A DNA stretch of 64,000 nt from Bacteroidales bacterium UBA3297. Lineage in GTDB: Bacteria; Bacteroidota; Bacteroidia; Bacteroidales; Paludibacteraceae. This document shows, piece after piece, positions 1 to 9,365 of this stretch. The stretch is from positions 1,139 to 65,138 of the forward strand of contig DETD01000026.1 in NCBI GenBank assembly GCA_002362105.1, given 5' to 3'. Under the pieces are notes generated by a model. The model ran no database searches, was not told the origin of the DNA, and was given only the letters and a program-made list of their open reading frames with translations. Numbering within the stretch: the first letter of the stretch is position 1; every line of letters begins with the position of its first letter. A program made the translations under genes and the position numbers.

Positions 1-477
1 ATTTTTACTCCTATTCGTAACGTTAAGTATACTATCGACCCTTATCGTGTTGAGCAGAAGACTGACTACGAAAAGTTGACTCTTGAAATTGAATCTGATG
101 GCTCAATTCATCCTAAAGATGCGTTGAAGGAAGCTGCTAAGATCCTTATCTACCACTTCATGCTCTTCTCTGATGAGAAGATAACTATCGATTCTCGTGA
201 CGGTGCTGATGACGAAGGCTTTGATGAAGAAGTGCTTCACATGCGTCAGTTGCTCAAGACTAAGTTGGTCGACATGAACCTCTCTGTTCGTGCGCTTAAC
301 TGCTTGAAAGCTGCCGATGTTGAAACTCTTGGCGATTTGGTTGTATTCAATAAGAACGATCTATTAAAGTTCCGCAACTTCGGTAAGAAGTCGCTCACTG
401 AGTTGGATCAGTTGTTGGATAGCCTCAACCTCTCCTTCGGTTTGGATATCTCTAAGTATAAATTAGAAAAAGAGTAA
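1..477 (+). CDS. rpoA: DNA-directed RNA polymerase subunit alpha, C-terminal portion (5' end lies outside the window)
   Basis: Frame 1 is open from base 1, and track ORF 76..477 is the same frame. The translation contains the alpha-CTD helix-hairpin-helix region ([34 protein letters not shown]). rplQ follows 6 nt later, which is the conserved rpoA-rplQ order. Confidence 0.9.
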   Translation: MFTPIRNVKYTIDPYRVEQKTDYEKLTLEIESDGSIHPKDALKEAAKILIYHFMLFSDEKITIDSRDGADDEGFDEEVLHMRQLLKTKLVDMNLSVRALNCLKAADVETLGDLVVFNKNDLLKFRNFGKKSLTELDQLLDSLNLSFGLDISKYKLEKE

Positions 478-483
478 TTTAAA

Positions 484-966
484 ATGAAACATATCAAGAC
501 TTTCAACCATTTGAGCAGAAAGCATTCTCACCGTAAGTCAATGCTTGCTAATATGGCGATTTCTCTCATCATGCACAAGCGCATCAACACTACTGTTGCT
601 AAGGCTAAGGCTTTGAGAGTATATGTTGAGCCTCTCCTTACCAAATCTAAGGAAGATTCAACTAATTCACGTCGTGTAGTGTTCAGCTATCTTCAGAACA
701 AGGAAGCCGTTACTGAATTGTTCCGTGAGGTTTCTCAGAAGATCGCTAACCGTAATGGTGGCTACACCCGTATCATCAAGACTGGTCTTCGTCTTGGCGA
801 TGCTGCAGAAATGTGCTTCATCGAACTCGTTGACTACAATGAGGCTATGTTGAAGAACGCTGCTCCTGCTGCTAAGAAGGCTACTCGCCGTGGTGGTAAG
901 AAGAAGACTACCGAGGCTGCTGTTGTTGAGGAGGCTGCTCCTGCAACTACTGAGTCTGCTGAATAA
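484..966 (+). CDS. rplQ: 50S ribosomal protein L17
   Basis: 160-aa ORF. The N-terminus ([21 protein letters not shown]) and the GGYTRI motif are typical of L17. It has an Ala/Lys/Glu-rich C-terminal tail and lies directly downstream of rpoA. Confidence 0.95.
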   Translation: MKHIKTFNHLSRKHSHRKSMLANMAISLIMHKRINTTVAKAKALRVYVEPLLTKSKEDSTNSRRVVFSYLQNKEAVTELFREVSQKIANRNGGYTRIIKTGLRLGDAAEMCFIELVDYNEAMLKNAAPAAKKATRRGGKKKTTEAAVVEEAAPATTESAE

Positions 967-982
967 TTTTTATTCCAGATAT

Positions 983-1016
983 AAAAAAGGGTTCTCTTTT
1001 GGGAACCCTTTTTTTG
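983..1016 (+). terminator. rho-independent terminator after rplQ
   Basis: Stem GGGTTC (989-994) pairs with GAACCC (1003-1008). An A-run precedes it and a T-run (1009-1016) follows, 17 nt after the rplQ stop. Confidence 0.6.
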
Positions 1017-1100
1017 TTGCCGGATGGTCTATAATAGTCTATAATAAAACAAGCCGGATTGGAAACGCATCTAAACCCGTCTTGTTTTATTGCTTGCTGA

Positions 1101-1144
1101 ACGCAAAAGCAAAGCGGGCGGAATCCTTTCGGTTCCCGCCCGCT
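1101..1144 (-). terminator. rho-independent terminator after pyrH (minus strand)
   Basis: GC-rich stem GCGGGCGG (1114-1121) pairs with CCGCCCGC (1136-1143). On the minus strand it is followed by a T-rich tract (plus-strand A-rich 1101-1113), just downstream of the pyrH stop at 1165. Confidence 0.55.
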
Positions 1145-1164
1145 TATTTTCGTTCTAACAGCGT

Positions 1165-1875
1165 TTATGGGTGTACGTAGGTGCCAATGCCTTCGCCGCT
1201 CATAACCTTCTTTAAATTGCCGTATTTGTCCATGTTGAACACAATGATAGGAAGGCCGTTCGTTTTGCACATCTCTGTAGCGGTAAGGTCCATTACCTTC
1301 AAACCACGCTTCAAGATTTCGTCGTATGAAATATCGTCAAACTTGGTCGCTGTTGGATCCTTTTCTGGGTCTGCGGTGTAGATGCCGTCGACGCGGGTGC
1401 CTTTCAACATAACGTCGGCTTCTATCTCAATGCCACGGAGCGACGAACCTGTGTCGGTAGTGAAATATGGGTTGCCGGTTCCTGCTCCGAAAATGGCGAT
1501 TTTGCCGGCTTCAATTGTTTCTATTGCCTTGTCTTTGCTGTAGAAATTGCCGATTGGCTCCATTCTGATGGCTGTCAGTACTTCGGCTTGTACGCCTACG
1601 GCTTTCAGTGCAGACTGGAGTGCCAGACTGTTGATGACGGTTGCCAGCATACCCATCTGGTCGCCCTTTACACGGTCGAAGCCTTTTGACGCTCCGCTCA
1701 AACCACGGAAGATGTTTCCACCGCCAATCACAATGCCGATTTCGATGCCCATCTCATGGATTTCCTTTATCTGCTCGGCGTAGTCTGCTAGCCTTTTTTC
1801 GTCTATGCCGTATCCTTTCTCGCCCATCAGCGACTCTCCGCTGAGTTTGAGCAGTATTCTTTTGAATTTAGCCAT
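1165..1875 (-). CDS. pyrH: UMP kinase
   Basis: 236-aa ORF with amino-acid-kinase/UMP-kinase motifs (KRILLKLSGESL, GGGNIFRG, TTDTGSSLRGIEIEAD). Confidence 0.95.
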   Translation of the reverse strand: MAKFKRILLKLSGESLMGEKGYGIDEKRLADYAEQIKEIHEMGIEIGIVIGGGNIFRGLSGASKGFDRVKGDQMGMLATVINSLALQSALKAVGVQAEVLTAIRMEPIGNFYSKDKAIETIEAGKIAIFGAGTGNPYFTTDTGSSLRGIEIEADVMLKGTRVDGIYTADPEKDPTATKFDDISYDEILKRGLKVMDLTATEMCKTNGLPIIVFNMDKYGNLKKVMSGEGIGTYVHP

Positions 1876-1887
1876 TTTTATAGTTTT

Positions 1888-3786
1888 TTATTGTTTTATT
1901 ATCAGTTTCTGGTTCAAGCGGAGCTTGTCGTTCTTCAGGTTATTCCACTCCATCAGCTGTTTCACAGTGCAGTGGTGCCTTCTCGATATGTTGTAGAGGT
2001 TATCTCCGTTCTTTACGGTATATACACCGTTGACAGCCATATTTGGAGCTTCCTTCTTTTCAACTTCGTGCTTGGCCGTGTTGGTCGTGTTCTGGATTTT
2101 CTTTTCTGCAACGACCTCTTTCTTCGGAAGTACTTTCTTGCCACTCTTCTTTATGACAAGTTTCGCACCGGCTCTGATGTTGGTGGTCTTCATGTGGTTC
2201 CATACCATCAGTTGTTTTGTGCTTACGCCATATTTGCTGGCAATTTTGCTGAAAGTGTCACCCTTCTTTATCGTGTATACGATGTCTTCTTCTACTTGTG
2301 CTTCCGCTTCGCCCTCTTCTGTCGTGTTTTCGGCCAGCTGTTCGGTGCCTGCCGGTTCCCGAGGGTCAGCAATTGTAGGAATGACCTTTACGGTGTCTTC
2401 TGTATAGTAGATACCTGTCGCATCGGACCTGACTTTTATAATTCTGCCGGCCCTAATGTCTTTATGGGTGAGGTGGTTCCATTCTTTCAAGTCTTCAACC
2501 GTTACGCCATATTTAACGGCCAACGTCTCTAGCGTCTCGCCGTCTCTAACCGTGTGGACGCCCTTTTTGTCGGCTCGTTTGATGACGAGTTTTGTGCCTG
2601 GTTGCAGAATGTTGCTGGTAAGGTTGTTCCAGCTCTTTAACTCTTGCAAGTTACAGCCGTACCTGCGCGTAATCTGGTAGATGTTCTCACCTTTGGCTAC
2701 GGTATGTACAACCTCGCCGTTTTCTATGGTGTCTTTTGGCATCGTATGGTCAATAGGGCGGATAACCAGTTCTTGCCCTACGGTTACCGGGTTGCCTTTC
2801 AGGTTGTTCCAGGTGTCAATTTCCCTTACCGTACAATGGTATTTTTGGGAGATAGTGCAGAGGTTTTCCCCCTCTTTTACAGTAATGGTCACGTTGTTGG
2901 CGTTGCCATAGCGTTCTGCCTTCGCTTTTTCAAGTGCCTCCTGTGCCTGCTCGTCTGTTTTTGCAACAGCCGGTTTTACCACCAGCTTTTGGCCGATTTT
3001 CAGTTGCGCGCCCTTCTTCAAGTTGTTCCATTTTTGGATTTGTGCAGGGGCTACGTGGTATTTTTTTGCGATAGAGTAGACGTTCTCTCCTTTTTTCACC
3101 GTATGGCGTTCGTCAACCTCTACAACGGTGTTCTCTGTTGTTTCTTCTTCCTCTTCGTCTTCTATGCTGATGGCCGAAGGTGGAGGTGTGATGTTGTAGA
3201 ATGTGTTGTCGATAGGAAGTGGACTTGGCGATACAACGTCAACCATTCGCTTGGCACCACGGAAACGCTTGCTGTAGTAGCCTCCGTCGGGGTAGCGTGC
3301 AATAGAGACGCCTTTTGAAGAAGAGGAGTGGATGAAGCGGAACGATTTGTTGTCTGGTGCTACATCGTACACAATTCCTACATGGCCGACACCCGCGTGC
3401 GCGTCGCGCCCTGTGAAAAAGACAAGGTCGCCTTTGTGGATGTGCTCTTTCGATACTTTTATACCCTGCTGGTATTGGTCGCGTGAGTTGTTCCCCAAAT
3501 TGAAGCCCAGTTGCTTGAAAACATAGCTGGTGAAGCCAGAACAGTCGAATGTGTTCGGACCTTTGCTGCCGCTTCGGTACGGCTTGCCCATGTGGCGGGT
3601 GGCTTCGAAAATGATGGAATCGGCTAAGGTTACAGGTTCGGGTAGTGTGTCGTGGGTGATGGCGAGCCGCGCACGTAGTTGTGCCGTTTGTGGCCGCCTG
3701 GTGTTACTCTTCTTTCCTTTCTTCTTTGCTGCCATACATGGCAGGCTGAAGGCGATACATATAAGGAATAATAAGAGTTTTTTCAT
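1888..3786 (-). CDS. NlpC/P60 (C40) peptidoglycan endopeptidase with six LysM repeats
   Basis: Track ORF is 1888..3840. I place the start at the internal ATG 3786 (MKKLLLFLICIAFSLPCMA signal peptide). The NlpC/P60 core has a catalytic Cys (FDCSGFTSYVF) and His (GHVGIV). Six LysM-like modules follow (e.g. HTVKKGENVYSIAKKYHV..WNNL). The stop is 12 nt upstream of the pyrH start, so the two are probably co-transcribed. Confidence 0.85.
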   Translation of the reverse strand: MKKLLLFLICIAFSLPCMAAKKKGKKSNTRRPQTAQLRARLAITHDTLPEPVTLADSIIFEATRHMGKPYRSGSKGPNTFDCSGFTSYVFKQLGFNLGNNSRDQYQQGIKVSKEHIHKGDLVFFTGRDAHAGVGHVGIVYDVAPDNKSFRFIHSSSSKGVSIARYPDGGYYSKRFRGAKRMVDVVSPSPLPIDNTFYNITPPPSAISIEDEEEEETTENTVVEVDERHTVKKGENVYSIAKKYHVAPAQIQKWNNLKKGAQLKIGQKLVVKPAVAKTDEQAQEALEKAKAERYGNANNVTITVKEGENLCTISQKYHCTVREIDTWNNLKGNPVTVGQELVIRPIDHTMPKDTIENGEVVHTVAKGENIYQITRRYGCNLQELKSWNNLTSNILQPGTKLVIKRADKKGVHTVRDGETLETLAVKYGVTVEDLKEWNHLTHKDIRAGRIIKVRSDATGIYYTEDTVKVIPTIADPREPAGTEQLAENTTEEGEAEAQVEEDIVYTIKKGDTFSKIASKYGVSTKQLMVWNHMKTTNIRAGAKLVIKKSGKKVLPKKEVVAEKKIQNTTNTAKHEVEKKEAPNMAVNGVYTVKNGDNLYNISRRHHCTVKQLMEWNNLKNDKLRLNQKLIIKQ

Positions 3787-3848
3787 CTGTTTTCCACTAC
3801 TTGTTTTTTCTCGTTGGTGATGCAGCAAAAATCGCACCACTTTTAATG

Positions 3849-3856
3849 CAAATATA
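3849..3856 (-). promoter_or_regulatory. candidate Bacteroidota -7 promoter box (TATATTTG) for the NlpC/P60-pyrH unit
   Basis: The minus strand reads TATATTTG, matching the TAnnTTTG consensus, 63 nt upstream of ATG 3786. Confidence 0.4.
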
Positions 3857-3920
3857 CGTTTTTTACCTCCTAGTTTGAAATAAATGGTGCAATAAGTGCC
3901 CTTTTTGGGGACAAAAATAC

Positions 3921-3958
3921 AAAAACCAGCCTCCTATTTTGCTGGAGACTGGTTTTTT
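3921..3958 (-). terminator. hairpin terminator downstream of tRNA-Ser
   Basis: CCAGCCTCC (3926-3934) pairs with GGAGACTGG (3944-3952) with one mismatch, flanked by A- and T-runs. It lies immediately 3' of the tRNA on the minus strand. Confidence 0.5.
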
Positions 3959-3959
3959 G

Positions 3960-4047
3960 CGGAAAGAGAGGGATTCAAACCCTCGGTACGGCAAAGCCGT
4001 ACGCCGGATTTCGAGTCCGGTCCATTCGATCACTCTGGCATCTTTCC
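3960..4047 (-). tRNA. tRNA-Ser (anticodon CGA)
   Basis: The minus strand folds by hand into a cloverleaf. Acceptor stem GGAAAGA pairs with UCUUUCC, followed by discriminator G. Anticodon stem CCGGA/UCCGG carries loop CUCGAAA (anticodon CGA). The long variable arm GUACGGC-UUU-GCCGUAC marks a class II tRNA. T arm is GAGGG-UUUGAAU-CCCUC. No CCA is encoded. Track ORFs 3863..4084 and 3939..4517 overlap it and are spurious. Confidence 0.85.
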
Positions 4048-4172
4048 TAATTGACACTGCGAAATTAATTCTTTTTTCTTCCAATACAATTCTGTGGAGG
4101 CATTTATTTCTTGGAAGAGGCGTATTTTTTTATTTTTTTGTGCTTGTTTTCGCTTTTTGTACGTGTTCGGCG

Positions 4173-4820
4173 TCAGATGTAGTACTCTGCCATGTCGACG
4201 ATGCCGGCCCGCACCGCATACCTTATGGCTTCGTGCACGTTGTTGACCTCGAGTTTACGGAAAATGTTTTTGCGGTGTGTGTTTATAGTATGGAAACTCA
4301 GACAACGGTCTGCCGCAATCTCTTTGGTCGTTTTCCCCATGGCAATTTCTTTGAGCACAAGCCGCTCTGTTGGCGACAACGGTATTTTTTCTTCTTCTTT
4401 TTGCCTCAGGGTAGAGTTGAGCAAGAGGTTTTGCACGTAGTGGCAGATATAGCGCTCTTTCTTGAAAACAACGCGCAGCGCAAACTCTATTTCGTCTTTT
4501 TTACTGTCCTTCATTAAGAAGCTGGTCTTGTTGTTCGTCAGCACCATTTTACGGATGAACTGCTCGTTAAGTTCCGGACTGAAAAACATCCATTGGCTTT
4601 CCGGAAATCGTTCCACAACAATTAAAATGTCGTCTGCTTCTTCAAAGTCGAAATTCGTATGGTCGAGTATGACAATCGCATCGTTGCCCTTTTGTAGCTC
4701 CGTTACCAAATGGTTCTTGTTATCGACCTCACATATCTCAACATCCTCTTTTAATATGTTGATGTAATATCTGATACCCGCTTTTGTTATGTCTTGCAGG
4801 TCGGCTAGTATAACTTTCAT
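4173..4820 (-). CDS. LuxR/GerE-family response regulator (receiver domain plus C-terminal HTH)
   Basis: Track ORF is 4173..4853. I place the start at ATG 4820 (MKVILADLQD...). The receiver domain is recognisable (VILDHT Asp, FFSPE, FLMK). The C-terminal LuxR HTH reads LSPTERLVLKEIAMGKTTKEIAADRCLSFHTINTHRKNIFRKLEV. There is no adjacent histidine kinase. Confidence 0.75.
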   Translation of the reverse strand: MKVILADLQDITKAGIRYYINILKEDVEICEVDNKNHLVTELQKGNDAIVILDHTNFDFEEADDILIVVERFPESQWMFFSPELNEQFIRKMVLTNNKTSFLMKDSKKDEIEFALRVVFKKERYICHYVQNLLLNSTLRQKEEEKIPLSPTERLVLKEIAMGKTTKEIAADRCLSFHTINTHRKNIFRKLEVNNVHEAIRYAVRAGIVDMAEYYI

Positions 4821-4839
4821 TTGTTTTTCCGTTATGGTG

Positions 4840-4847
4840 CAAATATA
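4840..4847 (-). promoter_or_regulatory. candidate -7 promoter box (TATATTTG) for the LuxR-family regulator
   Basis: The minus strand reads TATATTTG, 20 nt upstream of ATG 4820. Confidence 0.4.
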
Positions 4848-4925
4848 GTGCAATTAGTTTAGAATACCATACATGTGGTATCAAAATGGCATTTTTGTGC
4901 GATTGCCTACCCTGTGCGCTTGCTC

Positions 4926-4933
4926 TAACTTTG
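4926..4933 (+). promoter_or_regulatory. candidate -7 promoter box (TAACTTTG) for metY-cysK
   Basis: TAACTTTG on the plus strand, 68 nt upstream of ATG 5001. Confidence 0.45.
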
Positions 4934-5000
4934 CATCGTCGAAAAGAAAGAAACGACGTTGTAAAAAAAGAAAAACAAAAATATATAGGAGGTTAAATTT

Positions 5001-6284
5001 ATGGGAAAAAAACTTCACTTCGAGACACTTCAGCTTCATGTAGGTCAGGAACAGGCCGACCCAACAACCGATTCACGTGCGGTGCCTATCTACCAGACTA
5101 CTTCGTATGTGTTCCACAACTTCCAGCATGCGGCCGACCGTTTTGCGTTGAGAGATGCCGGTAATGTATACGGACGTATCACGAACTCTACCCAGGGCGT
5201 GCTCGAAGAGCGTGTTGCAGCGCTCGAGGGCGGTGTGGCCGGTTTGGCTGTGGCCAGTGGTGCGGCTGCCATCACTTACGCCATTGAGAACATTACGAAG
5301 AGCGGCGACCACGTTGTGGCTTCGAAAACCATCTACGGCGGAACTTACAACCTGCTTTCTCACACCCTTCCTACCTATGGTATTTCTACCACTTTCGTCG
5401 ATGCGCACAAGCTAGACGAGATTGAGGCTGCCATTAAGGAGAACACCAAGTTGGTGTTCATTGAAACACTGGGTAATCCGAATTCCGACGTGCTCGACAT
5501 CAAGGCCATTGCCGACGTCGCACACAAGCACGGCATTCCATTGTTGATTGACAACACATTCGGAACTCCATACCTGATCCGACCAATCGAATACGGCGCA
5601 GACGTAGTTATCCACTCTGCCACCAAGTTCATCGGCGGTCACGGAACTTCTCTTGGTGGTATTATTGTCGACTCTGGTAAGTTCGATTGGAAGAAAAGCG
5701 GCAAGTTCCCTCAGTTGACTACTCCAGACCCAAATTACCATGGTGTTGTGTTTACCGAGGCATTGGGTGCTGCTGCCTACATTGGCAGAATTAGAACCGT
5801 GCTTTTAAGAGACACAGGCGCGGCCATCAGTCCGTTCAACGCCTTCATCCTCTTGCAGGGCTTGGAGACCCTCTCACTCCGTGTTGAGCGTCATACCTAC
5901 AACACCCAGAAGGTGATCGACTACCTGTTGAAGAACCCTAAGGTAACCAAGGTTAACCATCCGTCTGTTCCAACCCATCCAGACCACGAACTGTATAAGA
6001 AGTTGTTCCCTAACGGTGGTGGTTCCATCTTCACGTTCGACATCAAGGGCGGCCAGAAAGAGGCAGAGATCTTCATCGACAAGCTGAAAATCTTCTCTCT
6101 GTTAGCCAATGTGGCCGATGTTAAGTCGCTCGTCATCCACCCTGCCACTACCACCCACTCACAGCTTAGTGCCGAGGAGTTGGCGTCTACCGGCATTCTG
6201 GAGAGCACTATCCGTCTGAGCATTGGTACCGAGCACGTCGACGATATTATCGACGACTTGCAGCAGGCGTTCGACGCTATTTAA
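5001..6284 (+). CDS. metY: O-acetylhomoserine/O-acetylserine sulfhydrylase (PLP-dependent, Cys/Met metabolism family)
   Basis: 427-aa ORF. The N-terminus (FETLQLHVGQE..DPTTDSRAVPIYQTTSY) and the PLP-lysine region (HSATKFIGGHG) are typical of OAH sulfhydrylases. Confidence 0.9.
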   Translation: MGKKLHFETLQLHVGQEQADPTTDSRAVPIYQTTSYVFHNFQHAADRFALRDAGNVYGRITNSTQGVLEERVAALEGGVAGLAVASGAAAITYAIENITKSGDHVVASKTIYGGTYNLLSHTLPTYGISTTFVDAHKLDEIEAAIKENTKLVFIETLGNPNSDVLDIKAIADVAHKHGIPLLIDNTFGTPYLIRPIEYGADVVIHSATKFIGGHGTSLGGIIVDSGKFDWKKSGKFPQLTTPDPNYHGVVFTEALGAAAYIGRIRTVLLRDTGAAISPFNAFILLQGLETLSLRVERHTYNTQKVIDYLLKNPKVTKVNHPSVPTHPDHELYKKLFPNGGGSIFTFDIKGGQKEAEIFIDKLKIFSLLANVADVKSLVIHPATTTHSQLSAEELASTGILESTIRLSIGTEHVDDIIDDLQQAFDAI

Positions 6285-6333
6285 TCAACTCTTCTTTAAA
6301 AATCAATATATCAACCTTTAATTCTCAACGGTT

Positions 6334-7281
6334 ATGAAAATCGCAAAAAAACTTACCGACCTTATAGGAAATACCCCTCTTTTGTCCTTAGACCGCTATG
6401 CCGCTTCAAAGGGCGTGGCTGCTGGTTCTGTTATTGCCAAGCTGGAATACTTCAATCCGGCTGGCAGTGTGAAAGACCGTGTTGCCTTTGCTATGGTGGA
6501 AGATGCCGAGCAGAAGGGTATCTTGAAACCAGGTGCTACTATTATTGAGCCTACAAGCGGAAACACTGGCGTTGGCTTGGCTTTTGTTTCTTCTGTAAAA
6601 GGCTACAACCTGATCCTTACTATGCCTGACTCTATGAGTATAGAACGCCGCAATTTGCTGAAAGCCTATGGCGCACGTCTTGAACTTACCCCTGGTAAGG
6701 ATGGTATGAAGGGCGCTATTGCCAAGGCGGAAAGCTTGAAGGCTGAAATTCCGGGCGCGGTCATCCTACAGCAGTTCGAGAACCTCGCTAACCCTGAAAA
6801 GCACTATCGTACTACGGGCGAGGAAATCTGGCGCGATACTGACGGACAAGTCGATATCTTTGTCGCTGGTGTGGGTACTGGTGGCACTGTTAGTGGTGTG
6901 GGTAAACTGTTGAAGGAGAAGAACCCGAATGTGAAGATTGTGGCTGTTGAGCCTGCTGCCTCTCCGGTTCTTTCTGGTGGCAATCCGGGCCCTCACAAAA
7001 TTCAGGGTATTGGTGCTGGCTTCGTGCCTAAGACGTTTAACCGTGGTGTTGTTGACCAGATTTTCACTGTCGAGAACGACGATGCTATCCGTACCGGACG
7101 CGAATTGGCACAGCAGGAAGGCCTTCTGGTTGGTATTTCTTCTGGTGCTGCTGCCTATGCGGCTTTCCAGTTGGCCAAGTTGCCAGAGAATAAGGGTAAA
7201 AAGATTGTCGCTTTGTTGCCTGATACTGGCGAACGTTATCTTTCTACTATTCTCTATGCTTTTGAAGAATATCCTCTTTAA
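6334..7281 (+). CDS. cysK: cysteine synthase A (O-acetylserine sulfhydrylase)
   Basis: 315-aa ORF with cysteine synthase motifs ([31 protein letters not shown]). Confidence 0.9.
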   Translation: MKIAKKLTDLIGNTPLLSLDRYAASKGVAAGSVIAKLEYFNPAGSVKDRVAFAMVEDAEQKGILKPGATIIEPTSGNTGVGLAFVSSVKGYNLILTMPDSMSIERRNLLKAYGARLELTPGKDGMKGAIAKAESLKAEIPGAVILQQFENLANPEKHYRTTGEEIWRDTDGQVDIFVAGVGTGGTVSGVGKLLKEKNPNVKIVAVEPAASPVLSGGNPGPHKIQGIGAGFVPKTFNRGVVDQIFTVENDDAIRTGRELAQQEGLLVGISSGAAAYAAFQLAKLPENKGKKIVALLPDTGERYLSTILYAFEEYPL

Positions 7282-7305
7282 GTGTAGATTTTTTCTGATG
7301 ACGAG

Positions 7306-7348
7306 GCGGGGACATATGTTTGCGGTATGTCCCCGCTTCTCTTTTCTT
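7306..7348 (+). terminator. rho-independent terminator after cysK
   Basis: A 10-bp stem, GCGGGGACAT (7306-7315) pairing with ATGTCCCCGC (7327-7336), is followed by TTCTCTTTTCTT. Confidence 0.65.
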
Positions 7349-7395
7349 CGATAAAACCCCCGCTCTGTTTGAATGCACTTTTCACAGAATTGGCC

Positions 7396-7403
7396 TATCT
7401 TTG
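7396..7403 (+). promoter_or_regulatory. candidate -7 promoter box (TATCTTTG)
   Basis: TATCTTTG lies 28 nt upstream of ATG 7431 and downstream of the cysK terminator. This supports the internal start over the track start at 7320. Confidence 0.45.
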
Positions 7404-7430
7404 CACAATGCAATTATATTCTGTATATCT

Positions 7431-9266
7431 ATGTCTTTAAAAAGTAAGATTCAATCGCTGAAGGTGCCGTTTATCTGGTACGTCTTTTCTGTTGTCTGTG
7501 TGGCCTGCCTTTTCTTATCTTATTGGAACTATGCGTCGGTTGGTGCTGCAAGTGGTGTGGCTGGCTTTATCTATTATATTGTTTCGTGTATCAGTCTTGC
7601 TGTCGGCTTTACCTTGCCGGTGTTTTTGTTGCCAGCCTTGTTCCGCCTGTTCGGTTGGCAGAAAGTGGGCAATGTGTTGCAGGTGCTGCTCACGGGCTTC
7701 CTGTTCTTGCTGGTGGTGGTCAACGGTTTCGTTTATGCCCAATATAGGCTGCACATAAACAGCATGGTTTTACAGATGGTGCTGAAGGCCGGCAGCGATA
7801 TCTTCGCTTTCGATGTTATGTTGTATGTGCGCACCTTTGTCGGACTCCTTTTGGCTTTTGCTTTCGCCTATGCGTTGTTGAAGCTGGCCCAATGGACCGA
7901 CCGCAAGGGGTGGACGGTGTTGAAGCCTTTTTTGTGCGTTTCCCTCCTCTCGCTTTTGGGGGCCAACCTCTTCCACATCTATGCCAAGGCCAATATGCTT
8001 CCGGCTTGCCGTTTGAATGCGCTGCTCCCTTACTATTATCCGTTGTCTGCCAACAAACTGATGGCGAAGATGGGGCTCTCGCTTGCGAAGGAAGATGCCT
8101 TTAAAGCGGCCCGTCATAGTGGTGTGCTGAACTATCCGAAGGCTCCGCTGGTGGTCGATTCTGCAAAGGCTACCCGTCAGAATGTGTTGCTTATTGCTAT
8201 CGATACTTGGAACTATCGGGCTTTTACGCCCGAATGTGTGCCTAACATTACAAAATTTGCCGAAAACGCCTGCGTTTTTACCCACCATCTTAGTGGTAGC
8301 GAGGGTACGCGTGGTGGGGTGTTCAGCCTTTTTACCGGTCTGGTGCCGTCTTATTACGACGACTTCCTTTATTCTGGGCAGCAACCCCTGCTGGTGGAAC
8401 AGTTCCTAGCCGAGGGTTATAACACCAAGGTGCTGGCTAGTGCAACGCTGGAATATCCTGAGTTCTCGAGTATCTTGTTCGCTAAAATTCCGAACCTCCG
8501 TGTCTCTACGCCTGGCATCACTTCTTATGACAGAGACCATCGGATTACGGACGACTTCTTGCTGAGCCTCGACACTTTGGCGGCGTCTAAGGACCCTTTC
8601 TTCGCGTTCTTGTTCTACGATATGGCCCACTCGCCTGAAATTCCGGAACCGTGTACTCACCGTTTTACTCCGTCGTGGAAGTTTGCCGACTATATGAAAC
8701 TCGGGCCCGATTTTGACCCTACTCCTTATTGGAACCTTTACCGTAACACACTCTTCCAGGTCGATTTGCTGATTGGACGGGTGCTGGACCGCTTGAAGGT
8801 GAAAGGGCTGTTGGAAAATACGGTGGTGGTCATTACTTCCGACCATTCGCAAGAGTTTAACGACAATAAGAAGAACTATTGGGGACATGGCTCGAACTTC
8901 TCGAATGCCCAAATTCATGTGCCGTTCATCCTTTACCAGCCGAAACTGCAACCTAGGGTGGTCGACTACCGGACCAACCACTACGATTTGGTGCCTACCC
9001 TTATGCACGATGTGCTGGGGGTGGTGAATCCGACTTCCGATTATTCGTTCGGACGCCTGCTTAACGACTCTACCGACCGTGGCTGGCACCTGGCTGCCGA
9101 TTATTACGGGTTTGCCTTCGTTTTGCCCGATGGCACTATTGTCCAGAAAAACATGTCGGGCGATATGGTGTTCTACGATGCGCATATGAACGAACTCTAT
9201 AATTATCCGCTCAATTTTGAGGAACTGAACCGGCAGTTGCTTAACATGAATTCGTTTTACAAGTAG
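7431..9266 (+). CDS. inner-membrane sulfatase-fold protein (DUF3413/YejM-like)
   Basis: Track ORF is 7320..9266. I place the start at ATG 7431 (MSLKSKIQSL). The N-terminal third is multi-TM. The C-terminal domain has the alkaline-phosphatase/sulfatase fold (NVLLIAIDTWNYRAF, VVVITSDHSQEF). Confidence 0.7.
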   Translation: MSLKSKIQSLKVPFIWYVFSVVCVACLFLSYWNYASVGAASGVAGFIYYIVSCISLAVGFTLPVFLLPALFRLFGWQKVGNVLQVLLTGFLFLLVVVNGFVYAQYRLHINSMVLQMVLKAGSDIFAFDVMLYVRTFVGLLLAFAFAYALLKLAQWTDRKGWTVLKPFLCVSLLSLLGANLFHIYAKANMLPACRLNALLPYYYPLSANKLMAKMGLSLAKEDAFKAARHSGVLNYPKAPLVVDSAKATRQNVLLIAIDTWNYRAFTPECVPNITKFAENACVFTHHLSGSEGTRGGVFSLFTGLVPSYYDDFLYSGQQPLLVEQFLAEGYNTKVLASATLEYPEFSSILFAKIPNLRVSTPGITSYDRDHRITDDFLLSLDTLAASKDPFFAFLFYDMAHSPEIPEPCTHRFTPSWKFADYMKLGPDFDPTPYWNLYRNTLFQVDLLIGRVLDRLKVKGLLENTVVVITSDHSQEFNDNKKNYWGHGSNFSNAQIHVPFILYQPKLQPRVVDYRTNHYDLVPTLMHDVLGVVNPTSDYSFGRLLNDSTDRGWHLAADYYGFAFVLPDGTIVQKNMSGDMVFYDAHMNELYNYPLNFEELNRQLLNMNSFYK

Positions 9267-9312
9267 TGGGGTGGGGTGCCGCCCCCAACCCGCTTACATA
9301 AAGTATAAAAAC

Positions 9313-9345
9313 AAAAAAACTGCGACAGTCTGTCGCAGTTTTTTT
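9313..9345. terminator. bidirectional hairpin terminator between convergent genes
   Basis: CTGCGACA (9320-9327) pairs with TGTCGCAG (9331-9338), flanked by A7 and T7. It sits between the stops at 9266 (+) and 9366 (-). Confidence 0.65.
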
Positions 9346-9365
9346 GTGCTATATCGTTTTGTTTT

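Noticed and set aside
3787-3840. The ORF track gives N-terminal extensions for several genes, with starts at 3840, 4853, 7320, 22498, 24209, 24964, 29266, 38618, 46004, 56734 and 61576.
   Set aside because: In each case an internal ATG gives a canonical N-terminus (a signal peptide or the conserved family start). The extension often overlaps a terminator or a -7 promoter box, or begins with a non-ATG codon. I used the shorter coordinates.
4934-5000. A possible SAM-type riboswitch or attenuator in the metY leader, with hairpin CGTCG-A-rich loop-CGACG and a rare GGAGG before the ATG.
   Set aside because: The leader is only ~60 nt, too short for SAM-I or SAM-IV, and lacks the SAM-II pseudoknot consensus as I recall it. 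A single 5-bp hairpin is not sufficient evidence.
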